Origin: an uncultured Planctomycetales bacterium
GTDB taxonomy: Bacteria; Omnitrophota; Gorgyraeia; Zapsychrales; CAYRXT01
Reading direction: 5' to 3'
Assembly: GCA_964428315.1 (NCBI GenBank)
Contig: CAYRXT010000002.1
Coordinates: 6,859 to 70,858 of the forward strand
Length of the DNA: 64,000 nt
Part shown: positions 1 through 9,407 of the stretch, piece by piece
How positions within the stretch are numbered: position 1 is the first letter of the stretch
How the letters are laid out: the number at the start of each line of letters is the position of its first letter
Position numbers and translations under genes: made by a program
Notes under the pieces: generated by a model
Told to the model about the DNA's origin: nothing
The model's database searches: none
What the model saw: only the letters and a program-made list of their open reading frames with translations

Positions 1-1566
1 GACCATTCGGCGGCGGCCATCATCCTGGTCGATAACGAGGAAAGGGTTGTCTCCTGGAACAAGTTCACCGAACAGCTCCTGAACATGAAAAAATCCGACC
101 TCTACATGAAACACGTCAGCCTGCTCTATCCCCGGGAGGACTGGGACAAGATCCGTTCGGAGGGTATCCGGAGGATGGGATCCCGTTACAACCTGGAAAC
201 GCGCGTCGTCAAGAAAGGCGGCTCTGTCATCGACGTCGAACTGTCCGTCAACGTGCTGAAGGACAGCGCCGGCCTCGTCGTCGGATCGGTGGGCATGCTG
301 CAGGACATCACGGACAAGAAGAGGGCCACCCGGATGCTGCTGGAGGCCAAACTCGCCGCCGAGGAGGCCAACACGGCCAAGAGCATGTTCCTGGCCAACA
401 TGTCCCATGAGGTGCGCACGCCCATGAATGCCATACTCGGCATGATCGACATGACGCTGGACACGAGCCTTGACGAGGAACAGCGGGACAACCTCAATAC
501 CGCGAAGGATGCCGCCGACAATCTCCTGAGCCTGATTAACGACATCCTCGACCTGTCCAAGGTTGAGGCCGGCAAGGTCAGTCTGGAGAATATCGATTTC
601 AATATCCGTAACGTCATCAAGAGCGTCCACAAGGGGCTCCTGATCCTGGCGAGGAAGAAGAACCTGGATCTTTTGATCGAGGTGGAGGAGGGGCTCCCCG
701 AACTGCTGAAGGGAGATCCGGTGCGTCTGCGCCAGATCATCATCAATCTGGTCAATAACGCGATCAAGTTCACGGCCAAAGGACATGTCAAACTCTCGGT
801 TTCGAAACAGGAGGATCTCGGCAAAGAGCAGGTGCTGAGGTTCGCCGTGGAGGATACGGGGATCGGGATCCCCGAAGAGAAACAGAAGTCGATCTTTGAA
901 CCGTTCACCCAGGCGGACGACACGACGACGCGGCGGTTCGGCGGGACGGGCCTGGGGCTGGCCATTTCCAAACGGCTGATCGAGATGATGGGCGGACGTA
1001 TCTGGGTCGAGAGCGAAGAAGGCAGGGGGACGACGTTCTTTTTTACGGCCGTGTTCACGGTCAAGAAGGTCGGTGAACTGAAGCCGATCACATTCGACGA
1101 AGGCGTCACAAAGAAGGAGGAGACGGCCGAGCCCGCGCGCGGGCGGAGCGGGACCCCCGCGGTGAGCGCCGCGCAGGATATCCCGGGGGCCGGCGTGAAG
1201 ATCCTTCTGGCCGAAGACAATCCGGTGAACCAGAAGATCGCGCTCAAGATGCTGCAGAAGAAAGGGTTCACAGTCTCGGCCGTGGAGAACGGCCGGCAGG
1301 CACTTGAGACCCTGGACAAGGAGACGTTTGATCTGGTTTTGATGGATGTCCAGATGCCGGTGATGGACGGATTGGAGGCGACGCGACTGATCCGGCAAAA
1401 AGAAGAGCGGCAGGGGGGGCATCTGCCCATTGTGGCCATGACGGCGCACGCCATGGAGGGCGATGACCAGAAATGCCTAGCCGCCGGCATGGACGATTAT
1501 GTCTCCAAGCCGGTCGACAGGGCCAAGCTGTTCGGCATCATTGAGAAAATGACCGCGCGCGGCTAG
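1..1566 (+). CDS. Hybrid sensor histidine kinase (PAS-HisKA-HATPase-REC), 5' truncated by window edge
   Basis: Frame open from base 1 (DHSAAAIILVDNEERVVSWN, PAS-like); H-box FLANMSHEVRTPMN, N-box NLVNNAIKFT, G-boxes DTGIGI and GGTGLGL; receiver LLAEDN..DLVLMDVQMP..SKP. Confidence 0.95.
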   Translation, partial: DHSAAAIILVDNEERVVSWNKFTEQLLNMKKSDLYMKHVSLLYPREDWDKIRSEGIRRMGSRYNLETRVVKKGGSVIDVELSVNVLKDSAGLVVGSVGMLQDITDKKRATRMLLEAKLAAEEANTAKSMFLANMSHEVRTPMNAILGMIDMTLDTSLDEEQRDNLNTAKDAADNLLSLINDILDLSKVEAGKVSLENIDFNIRNVIKSVHKGLLILARKKNLDLLIEVEEGLPELLKGDPVRLRQIIINLVNNAIKFTAKGHVKLSVSKQEDLGKEQVLRFAVEDTGIGIPEEKQKSIFEPFTQADDTTTRRFGGTGLGLAISKRLIEMMGGRIWVESEEGRGTTFFFTAVFTVKKVGELKPITFDEGVTKKEETAEPARGRSGTPAVSAAQDIPGAGVKILLAEDNPVNQKIALKMLQKKGFTVSAVENGRQALETLDKETFDLVLMDVQMPVMDGLEATRLIRQKEERQGGHLPIVAMTAHAMEGDDQKCLAAGMDDYVSKPVDRAKLFGIIEKMTARG

Positions 1567-1651
1567 GCGCTGCACGGCATTGTCACTGCAAGGAAGCCAT
1601 TGACGGAGCCGTCCGAAGGCATTGCGCGTTTCCACGTGTTTAACGGATTTC

Positions 1652-1785
1652 ATCCGACTTCGCAGAATACCACGGCTTTTAGCCGTGGATGAATGCGGAC
1701 TAAAAGCCGTGGCGCTTCGTCGGATTGCGCCTGAAGATTTACGAATTCGGATAAGAGAGGGACCACGGGCTTGCCCGTGGGGCTC
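1652..1785. mobile_element. IS200/IS605-like end-hairpin remnant (PATE/REP-like, non-autonomous)
   Basis: Hairpins CCACGGCT-TTT-AGCCGTGG (1670-1688) and CCACGGGC-TT-GCCCGTGG (1763-1780) resemble IS200/IS605 subterminal palindromes; no transposase nearby. Confidence 0.55.
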
Positions 1786-1811
1786 CATACTCAACAAACG
1801 GGAAGGGGAAC

Positions 1812-2162
1812 ATGGAGAACGAAATTCTAGATTATCAGGAAGTGATGGAAAGGGTCGAAAACGACCGCGAACTGCTCATTGAACTTATCGAGATCTTCCT
1901 CGACGACTGTCCGCCGAAAATCCGGAAAATCCGTGAGGCGGCCGCGGGCGGGGATTATACCCAGATGTCCGACATGGCCCATTCCCTGAAGGGCTCTTCC
2001 GGGAACCTGGCCGCCAAAAAGATGAGCAGCCTGTTCCTTCAGATCGAGCAGAAAGGCAAAAGTCAGGATGCCTCCGGCGTCGACGACATACTCGGGGACG
2101 CTGAGGCGCTTCTTCAGGAACTGCGCGGGTATCTGCAAAAGCTGAAAGACGGCGGACAATAA
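1812..2162 (+). CDS. Hpt (histidine phosphotransfer) domain protein
   Basis: AHSLKGSSGNL Hpt motif; SD GGAAGGGG; follows the hybrid kinase. Confidence 0.92.
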   Translation: MENEILDYQEVMERVENDRELLIELIEIFLDDCPPKIRKIREAAAGGDYTQMSDMAHSLKGSSGNLAAKKMSSLFLQIEQKGKSQDASGVDDILGDAEALLQELRGYLQKLKDGGQ

Positions 2163-2235
2163 GAGTCCCGCTTCTGCCGTGCCGGCTCAATTCCGAGGCC
2201 GGCCGTCTTCCCAATTTCGAACAAGAGACCGTCCT

Positions 2236-2907
2236 ATGACCGTTTTGAACGTCTTGCTGACGATCGGCATGTTTACGATCGTGGCGCTTCTGGTGATCAT
2301 TGTCGCCCTCCCCGATGATATCAAGAAGCGAAAGAAGAGAAAACGCCCGAAGAACCAGGCGCCGGAACCGGACCGGGAGCAGAACGACGGGGCGCAGAAG
2401 TATGACCGGATTGTCAGGCGTCTGAAAGGGCAGATCGCCGAACTGGAACAGGACGGCCAGAAGGCGGTCAAGGACGCGGCCGTGGAAAAGGTCAAAAACC
2501 GCAAACTGCAGGAAAAGCTGAAGAAGGAACAGGAGTGGCGCCGCCGGGAAGAGAGCAAGACGGACAAGAAACAACAGTACGCGGGCGAGCTGAAAGAAAG
2601 CCTGGAAAAACTGCAGAAGGATTTTGACGAGAGTTATAATGTGCGTTTGCGGCTGGAACGCGAGCTCAGGGAACTGAAAAACGAGTACGAAAAGACGGAT
2701 CAGGAAAGGCGGAATCTCACCCTGAAGGTCATGGGTCTCGAGGGAGAGCTGGAGAGCCGGAAGAAAGAGACGGCGGAACTCAAGAAGGAAAACCGCGCGT
2801 TGATGCAGGAGAGCCAGGAAAAGAGCTGGGTGGCCAAGGCGGAGTACGAGCGTCTGGAGCGCCTGCTGAAACAGAAAGAAAAAGAGATTCAGGACATGAG
2901 ACCTTGA
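2236..2907 (+). CDS. Membrane-anchored coiled-coil hypothetical protein
   Basis: N-terminal hydrophobic helix followed by a basic patch, then ~180 aa of K/E-rich heptads; ATG 2236 preferred over GTG 2179. Confidence 0.75.
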   Translation: MTVLNVLLTIGMFTIVALLVIIVALPDDIKKRKKRKRPKNQAPEPDREQNDGAQKYDRIVRRLKGQIAELEQDGQKAVKDAAVEKVKNRKLQEKLKKEQEWRRREESKTDKKQQYAGELKESLEKLQKDFDESYNVRLRLERELRELKNEYEKTDQERRNLTLKVMGLEGELESRKKETAELKKENRALMQESQEKSWVAKAEYERLERLLKQKEKEIQDMRP

Positions 2908-2938
2908 CCGGCCGCGGCCCGCCGAGGTCGAATAAACC

Positions 2939-3502
2939 GTGTCGAAGGAACATTTCCCCGTCATGAACCTGGTTATTAATACCCATCCGCTGGACGACGA
3001 TCACTCCCTGAGCGGCGCGCTGGCCGGGCGTCTCGCCGGTCATTTGAACGGCGAGACGCGGACGGTCCGTCTCTACCGCCACGAACAGCGCTATTTCGAT
3101 TTCACGTTCAACGAGGAATGGATCGCCTTGGTCAAGGAGGCGCGGCGGCTGATCTTCCCCGTGCCGATGTGGAATTTCACCGTCCCCGCGGCGCTGAAGG
3201 ATTTTTTCGACAAGATCACCAAGCAGGGAGAGACATGGGATATTCGGGAAGGCCGGTTTGTCGGGCTTGTGCCCGACAAACCGGCCTTCGTCATCATGAC
3301 CAGCGGCGGGCATTACCCGCCGGGCGCGGTCAATGACTTCCTTACCCCTTATATGCGCTGCATCCTTTCCTTCATCGGTATCGAGCGGGTGGCATTCTAC
3401 CGCGTCAGCCGCGTGTCGGACAGCCCGGCGTTGATTCAGGACGAGGCCTTTATGGAAAAACATACCCGCGCCATGCTCAGCGCCCTGGCCGTCAAGGCAT
3501 GA
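2939..3502 (+). CDS. FMN-dependent NAD(P)H azoreductase / flavodoxin-like oxidoreductase
   Basis: PMWNFTVPAALKDFFD and TSGG motifs of the Flavodoxin_2/AzoR family. Confidence 0.85.
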   Translation: MSKEHFPVMNLVINTHPLDDDHSLSGALAGRLAGHLNGETRTVRLYRHEQRYFDFTFNEEWIALVKEARRLIFPVPMWNFTVPAALKDFFDKITKQGETWDIREGRFVGLVPDKPAFVIMTSGGHYPPGAVNDFLTPYMRCILSFIGIERVAFYRVSRVSDSPALIQDEAFMEKHTRAMLSALAVKA

Positions 3503-4686
3503 GATTCGCTTCACGCACGGACTGGGATTCCCTTGAGAACGAGCTCACCGCGGCCCTTGCGGGTCTGAAGGCCGAAGGGGTCCGCGTCATTGACCTGACC
3601 GTGTCCAACCCGACGTCCTGCGGTTTACGGTTCCCTTCCGGAAAAATTCTTGAGCCGCTGTCCTGCGGCCAAAACCTGTCCTACCGGCCTGACCCCTTGG
3701 GGACGCTTCGGGCCCGCGAGGCCGTCGCCGCCTGTTATTCAGCGAAGGGATACCGTTGCGCCGCGGAAGATATTTTTTTGACGGCGAGCACGAGCGAAAG
3801 CTATGCTTTTCTTTTCCGGCTGTTATGCTCGGCCGGGGAGGAGGTCCTTGTCCCGGCCCCCAGTTATCCGCTTTTTGAACTCCTGGCGCGCATTTGTGAC
3901 GTCCGGCTTGTCCCCTATCCTTTGAGGTATTCGGGTGCCGGCGGATGGCGGATCGATATCGACAGCCTCGCGCGCGGACTGCCCCCGGCCGCCAAGGCGG
4001 TGGTCCTCGTCAATCCCAACAACCCGACGGGAAACTTCGTGCACAAGGACGAGCTCTCTTCCCTCAATGACATATGCCGCAAGGGAGGCCTGGCCCTGAT
4101 CTGTGACGAGGTCTTCCATGAATTTCTATTCGAAGATAAAGAAACGCCGCTGAGCCTGCTGGGAAACAGCGCGGTCCCGACGTTCACCATGGCCGGTGCA
4201 TCGAAAAGCCTGGGCCTGCCGCAGATGAAGCTGGCCTGGACGGCGGCGAGCGGTCCCCGGGATATGATCGAAGAGGCCATGCGGCGGCTGTCCATTATCC
4301 TGGACACCTTCCTTTCGGTCAACACCCCGGTCCAGAACGCTATCCCGGAGTGGCTCGCGCTTCTTCCCGAAATCCGCGCCGTTATCACCCGGCGCGTACG
4401 GCAGAACAGGGAGGCCCTGGAGCGGGCGCTCGGCGGCGCGCCGGCGGGCATGTCCCTGTTAAAGGCGGAGGGAGGATGGTACGCCGTCTGCTCATTGCCG
4501 GAGGCCCTGCCCGAAGAGGATTGGGCCATGGATTTTCTGGAGAACGCCCGTGTCTTCGTGCATCCCGGCTATTTTTTCGATTTTCCCGGCGGGGCGCATA
4601 TGGTCTTGAGCCTTCTGCCGCCGGAGGACTTATTCCGGGAGGGGATAGACAAGGTCCTGGCTCGGGTCCGGAGCCGGATGTCATAA
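3499..4686 (+). CDS. PLP-dependent aminotransferase, class I/II
   Basis: NPNNPTG, DEVF, SKSLG (PLP lysine). Confidence 0.92.
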   Translation: MRFASRTDWDSLENELTAALAGLKAEGVRVIDLTVSNPTSCGLRFPSGKILEPLSCGQNLSYRPDPLGTLRAREAVAACYSAKGYRCAAEDIFLTASTSESYAFLFRLLCSAGEEVLVPAPSYPLFELLARICDVRLVPYPLRYSGAGGWRIDIDSLARGLPPAAKAVVLVNPNNPTGNFVHKDELSSLNDICRKGGLALICDEVFHEFLFEDKETPLSLLGNSAVPTFTMAGASKSLGLPQMKLAWTAASGPRDMIEEAMRRLSIILDTFLSVNTPVQNAIPEWLALLPEIRAVITRRVRQNREALERALGGAPAGMSLLKAEGGWYAVCSLPEALPEEDWAMDFLENARVFVHPGYFFDFPGGAHMVLSLLPPEDLFREGIDKVLARVRSRMS

Positions 4687-4789
4687 AACTTGCAAAGTTT
4701 TGGACATTTGATAATATGTTTATCGAATCCCGGACCCTGAACTTTCCCGGTTAAATCCGTCAAAGAGAAAAAGTGAAAGGACTTGCCCG

Positions 4790-5266
4790 ATGCGCAAACG
4801 GCCCGACTGGGACGCGTATTTTCTCAAATTGGCCATGCTGGCCTCGGAACGTTCCACCTGCCCGAGGATGCACTGCGGATGCGTCCTCGTCAAGGACAAG
4901 CACGTGATCGCGACCGGATACAACGGCTCCATCCCCGGCGACGACCACTGCGAAGACGTCGGGTGCCTGGTCGTCGAGAACCACTGCGTGCGCACCGTCC
5001 ACGCGGAGATCAACGCCCTGGTCCAGGCCGCCAAGCGGGGCAACGCCGTCGAGGGCGCCACGGCCTATGTCACGAACATGCCCTGTACCACCTGCGCCAA
5101 GGCCTTGGTCATCGCCGGCATAAAGCGCGTCGTTATCTTCAGCGATTTTCACGACACGCTGGCGACGGAATTTTTCGCCAAGGCCGGGGTCGTGATCGAC
5201 AAGAAGGATATCCCTTCGACGACAATCGTGTATGATCTCGAAAGCTATTCTTCCGCCCGCAGGTGA
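4790..5266 (+). CDS. dCMP deaminase (ComEB-like)
   Basis: RSTC, TGYNG, HAEINA and PCTTC zinc-deaminase motifs. Confidence 0.92.
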   Translation: MRKRPDWDAYFLKLAMLASERSTCPRMHCGCVLVKDKHVIATGYNGSIPGDDHCEDVGCLVVENHCVRTVHAEINALVQAAKRGNAVEGATAYVTNMPCTTCAKALVIAGIKRVVIFSDFHDTLATEFFAKAGVVIDKKDIPSTTIVYDLESYSSARR

Positions 5267-5334
5267 GAACCGCGGGCTCCCATTGAAGACTTTATGCGAA
5301 GCATCCGAACAATCCGCCGAAGAGGTCTTTCCCA

Positions 5335-5745
5335 ATGCCTGAACTGAAGATCCTGATAGCCGAAGACGAACCGGACGTCCGGGAGATCATGGCGAAATGG
5401 GTCAGGAACGAAGGCTATGAGGTCATCACCGCCTCCGACGGGGCCGAGGCCTGGGAGAAGATCCAGAAGGAGTCCCCGGACATGGTCCTCCTTGACCTTG
5501 TCATGCCCGGACTGAACGGCCTCGAGGTCCTGAAGCTTCTTCGGGCCAAGCCGACGTCCAAGACGTGGCAGCCGGTCATCATCGTTTCCGCCCACGGACA
5601 GCTTGAGGACATTAAAAAAGGTTTTTCTCTGGAGGCGGACCATTATCTGACGAAACCCTGCACCCCCGAAGATATCCTCAAGGGCATCCGGGTGATGGCC
5701 ACCCTGATCCCTTTGCGGAGGTCCGGGACCCACGAGAACACATAA
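5335..5745 (+). CDS. Single-domain response regulator
   Basis: ILIAEDE, LLDLVMPGLNG, YLTKP. Confidence 0.92.
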   Translation: MPELKILIAEDEPDVREIMAKWVRNEGYEVITASDGAEAWEKIQKESPDMVLLDLVMPGLNGLEVLKLLRAKPTSKTWQPVIIVSAHGQLEDIKKGFSLEADHYLTKPCTPEDILKGIRVMATLIPLRRSGTHENT

Positions 5746-5755
5746 ACCACCGTTC

Positions 5756-6607
5756 ATGACCGCGGAAAAAATGAACCTAGCCGTCAAGATCCCCCTGATT
5801 CTTGCGATCGCGGCCTTCGCGTTTATCGCCTTTGTCCGTTATCTTGAGAACAGCAGCGTGTTTTATCCGAACCGGACGATCCTGGCCACGCCCGAGGCCG
5901 TTCACCTGCCTTACGAAGAAGTCAGTATCCTGACAGAGGATCATCTCACGCTTAACGCATGGTTTGTCCCCGGCCGGGGCACAGCCCCCCGGGGCACCCT
6001 GCTTTTCTTTCACGGGAACGCGGGAAACATCGGCGACCGCCTGGCCAAGATCCAGGCCTTCCATGACATGGGTCTCAATGTCTTTATTGTCGATTACCGG
6101 GGTTACGGGAAGAGCGAAGGCGTCCCCACCGAGACAGGTCTCTACACCGACGCCCTTGCCGCTTACGACGACCTGCGCGGCCGGCGCGGTGTCCCTCCGG
6201 AGGCTGTTGTCGTTTACGGCGCATCCCTCGGCGGGGCCGTGGCCGTGGACCTAGCGGCAAGAGAGCCCGTCGGGGCCCTGATCGTCGAGTCGTCTTTCCC
6301 CAGCGCCGCCGACGTCAGCCGGGCTATTTATCCGTTTATCCCGACGGCACTTTTAAGAACAAAGATGGATTCCCTCTCCAAGATCAAGGCGGTGAAGGCG
6401 CCCAAGCTTTTTCTCCACGGCCCCCGGGACGAGGTCATCCCCTTCCGTTTGGGGAAAAGGCTTTTTGAGGCCGCGCCGCCTCCGAAGCGCTTCGTGGAGC
6501 TGGAGGGCGGACACAACGCGGACCAGACGGTCCCCGGCGGGATCTGGGAGAGGGCCATACGTTCTTTTCTTAAGGACCATCATCTTTTAACCGAAGGGGG
6601 ATCATGA
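5756..6607 (+). CDS. Membrane-anchored alpha/beta hydrolase
   Basis: N-terminal TM segment; FHGNAGN, DYRGYGKSEG, GASLGG nucleophile elbow, GGHN. Confidence 0.9.
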   Translation: MTAEKMNLAVKIPLILAIAAFAFIAFVRYLENSSVFYPNRTILATPEAVHLPYEEVSILTEDHLTLNAWFVPGRGTAPRGTLLFFHGNAGNIGDRLAKIQAFHDMGLNVFIVDYRGYGKSEGVPTETGLYTDALAAYDDLRGRRGVPPEAVVVYGASLGGAVAVDLAAREPVGALIVESSFPSAADVSRAIYPFIPTALLRTKMDSLSKIKAVKAPKLFLHGPRDEVIPFRLGKRLFEAAPPPKRFVELEGGHNADQTVPGGIWERAIRSFLKDHHLLTEGGS

Positions 6608-7821
6608 AAGGATTTTTAAAAACGCGGGGGACAACGGTCGTCGATGAAGCGGGCAGGCGTGTCTTTCTGCGCGGGGTCAACCTCGGCGGCTGGCTGTTGA
6701 TGGAAGGCTACTTTATGCACGCGCCCAACCGCGGGGAAACACTTTTTAAACGCGCGTTCCGGAGAAAATTGGGAAAGGAGGCGCTTGGGGATTTCGAGCG
6801 GGCCTTCCGGGACAATTTTATCCGGAAGGACGACCTGGAAAGGATCGCGGGCATGGGATTGAACTGCGTGCGCGTCCCGTTTCATTACCGGCTCGTGGAG
6901 TCGCGGCCTTACCGGTTTCAGGACGGGGGGCTGGCGTATCTGGACCGGGTCCTCCGGTGGGCCGGGCGGTACGGCCTGCGCGTCATCCTGGACCTGCACG
7001 CGGCCTGCGGGGCGCAGAGCACGGACTGGCATGCCGACAGCCTGGGGCGGGCCGGTCTGTGGGAGAAGGCCTCCTGCCGGAAGAGGACCCTGGCCCTGTG
7101 GGAATTCCTGGCCGACCGTTACCGCGAGAATCCCGTTGTGGCGGGTTATGATGTCCTGAACGAGGCTGTCACCGACGACACCCGGCTGCTGAACCGTTTT
7201 TATAAGGACGTGATACGCGCGATACGTTCGGCGGACAGGCGTCACATCCTCTTCATCGAGGGCAACAGGTGGGCCATGGACCTCGACTGCCTGGAAGAAT
7301 TTAACGACTCGAAGCTGGCGCTGAGCGCGCACGCCTACCAGCCGCTGGATTTTACCTTCAACTTTGTCCCCGGCCTGCGCTATCCATCCGGAAAGGGAAA
7401 GTCGCGCTCCGACAAGAAACTCCTGCGCCGCTGGATGGAACCCTATGCCCGTATCGGCCGGAAGAGACAGCGGCCCGTTTTTATCGGCGAGTTCGGCGTG
7501 AACGCACGCGAAGGACTGTACGGCGAAGACAAGTGGCTGGCCGACATGCTGGCCTTATTCGAAGAATACGGTTTCCACTGGACCTACTGGACATACAAGG
7601 CCGTCAAGAACAGCGAGTTTCCCGACGGGATTTTGAGCTACCGCGCCAATCCGCCGTGGGTCCACCGCCAGGGTCCGGAGACGGGATGGGAGACCTTCGC
7701 GGATCTGTGGCCGGAACGCGCGAAGGCAATGGCGTCGTCCTGGAGGACGCGGCATTTTGTGGAAAACCCGGATGTGGCCAGGGTCCTGCGGAGGTTCCGG
7801 CCCGGAGGCCGGCGAAGATGA
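6604..7821 (+). CDS. Glycoside hydrolase family 5 (cellulase-like)
   Basis: LRGVNLGGWLLMEG, NCVRVPF, ILDLHAA, YDVLNE (acid/base Glu), FIGEFG (nucleophile Glu), WTYWTYK. Confidence 0.9.
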   Translation: MKGFLKTRGTTVVDEAGRRVFLRGVNLGGWLLMEGYFMHAPNRGETLFKRAFRRKLGKEALGDFERAFRDNFIRKDDLERIAGMGLNCVRVPFHYRLVESRPYRFQDGGLAYLDRVLRWAGRYGLRVILDLHAACGAQSTDWHADSLGRAGLWEKASCRKRTLALWEFLADRYRENPVVAGYDVLNEAVTDDTRLLNRFYKDVIRAIRSADRRHILFIEGNRWAMDLDCLEEFNDSKLALSAHAYQPLDFTFNFVPGLRYPSGKGKSRSDKKLLRRWMEPYARIGRKRQRPVFIGEFGVNAREGLYGEDKWLADMLALFEEYGFHWTYWTYKAVKNSEFPDGILSYRANPPWVHRQGPETGWETFADLWPERAKAMASSWRTRHFVENPDVARVLRRFRPGGRRR

Positions 7822-8627
7822 CATCAAAGACCCTGACCAGCGTCAGGAATCCCGCGGTGAAGGAGGCCCTTCTTTTGAGAAGCCCGCGGCACCGCAGGAC
7901 AAGCGGCCTGACCCTTGTCGACGGACTGCGCGAGGTGAGCCGGATGGCCGAGGCGGGCGTCCGGGCCGAGAGGGTCTTCTGGTGCCGGGATATCCTTCCG
8001 GAAAGGCGGCTGGAACCGGCCCTTTCCCGGTTTCTCAAGACATGCGGACAGATATGTTTTGTGAACGAGACGGTTTGCGGCAAGCTGGCTTACGGGGAAC
8101 GGCAGGAAGGGCTTGTGGCCGTTGCGCGGCCGAAGGAGAAGAAACTGCGGGACCTTGCGCTTCCGTCCCGGCCGTTCGCGGTCCTGGCCGAGGGCCTGGA
8201 AAAACCCGGTAACCTCGGGGCGGTTATCCGAAGCTGTGACGCCGCCCTTGTGGACGCCCTGGTCCTTATCGACTGCGCGACGGACGTTTTCAACCCCAAT
8301 GTCATCCGGGCCAGCCTGGGGACGGTGTTTGGCGTGCCGGTCGCGCGCGCCTCGCGCCATGAGGCCAGGTCCTGGCTTTCGAAGAACGGCCTGGCGGTCT
8401 ATGCGGCCTCGCCGGACGCGGACAGGCTGTATAGCGAGGTCTCTTACGACAGACCATCGGCCGTGGTCCTAGGCAGTGAGAGCCGCGGACTGGCGGCCTT
8501 TTGGCTGAAAGAGGCGGATGAACGCGTACGTCTGCCGATGCGCGGCAGGGGGGATTCTCTGAACGTATCGGTCACGGCCGGCATCATCATTTATGAAGCC
8601 CTCAGACAACGCGCTTTGATGGAGTGA
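7818..8627 (+). CDS. TrmH/SpoU family RNA methyltransferase
   Basis: EKPGNLGAVIRS, VLGSESRGL, LPMRGRGDSLNVS; ATG 7818 overlaps the GH5 stop (ATGA), so the ORF-track start at 7533 is over-extended. Confidence 0.92.
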   Translation: MTSKTLTSVRNPAVKEALLLRSPRHRRTSGLTLVDGLREVSRMAEAGVRAERVFWCRDILPERRLEPALSRFLKTCGQICFVNETVCGKLAYGERQEGLVAVARPKEKKLRDLALPSRPFAVLAEGLEKPGNLGAVIRSCDAALVDALVLIDCATDVFNPNVIRASLGTVFGVPVARASRHEARSWLSKNGLAVYAASPDADRLYSEVSYDRPSAVVLGSESRGLAAFWLKEADERVRLPMRGRGDSLNVSVTAGIIIYEALRQRALME

Positions 8628-8630
8628 CCC

Positions 8631-9407
8631 GTGAAAGACATGTCCGGCAGGATCAAGCTCCAGCTTTTCCTTTCCCGCAGCGGGGCGTGTTCCCGGCGTA
8701 AGGCCCTCGAGGCGGTCAAAGAGGGACGCGTTTCGGTGAACGGCCGCGTCGAGCGGGAACCATCAGTCCTCGTCGATCCGCGGGAAGATGCGGTTTCTTA
8801 CAACGGCCGGCCCGTCCGCGGAAAGCCGTACGCCTACCTGGTGCTGAACAAACCACGGGGTTTTGTGACGACGCGCCGCGACCCGCGCGCCGGCCGGACC
8901 GTCATGCAGATCCTTCCGGCGGAGTTCAGGCATCTTGTCCCGGCCGGCCGCCTGGACAAGGACACCGAGGGCCTGCTCCTTATGACCAACGACGGCGACT
9001 GCGCCTACAAACTCACGCATCCGAAGTTCTGTGTCGAGAAGACCTATCTGGTCAGGGTCCGCGGCCGGGTCGACGGAAAGGATGTCCGGCGGCTGGAGAC
9101 GGGACTTGAGATCGAAGGCCAAAAGACCGCGCCGGCCCGGGCCGCGGACGTGGTGGGCAGGCCGGACTCCACGCAGTTGACCTTGACGATCCATGAAGGC
9201 CGCAAGCGGCAGGTCCGGCTCATGTTTGCGGCCCTGGGGCATCCGGTGCTATATTTGAAACGCTTGCGGCAGGGGCCGCTGCAGCTCGGGCGGCTGAAGA
9301 CCGGGCAGTGGCGTTTGCTGAAGGAAGAGGAGATCAAGGCGCTGAAAACAATCGAGTCCCCGTCCGGCGCCGGGGCGCATGACGGCAGAAGAGGCGGCAT
9401 CCATTGA
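8631..9407 (+). CDS. rRNA pseudouridine synthase (RsuA/RluB family, S4 domain)
   Basis: SRRKA S4 domain, LNKPRG, GRLDKDTEGLLL, EGRKRQVR. Confidence 0.93.
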   Translation: MKDMSGRIKLQLFLSRSGACSRRKALEAVKEGRVSVNGRVEREPSVLVDPREDAVSYNGRPVRGKPYAYLVLNKPRGFVTTRRDPRAGRTVMQILPAEFRHLVPAGRLDKDTEGLLLMTNDGDCAYKLTHPKFCVEKTYLVRVRGRVDGKDVRRLETGLEIEGQKTAPARAADVVGRPDSTQLTLTIHEGRKRQVRLMFAALGHPVLYLKRLRQGPLQLGRLKTGQWRLLKEEEIKALKTIESPSGAGAHDGRRGGIH

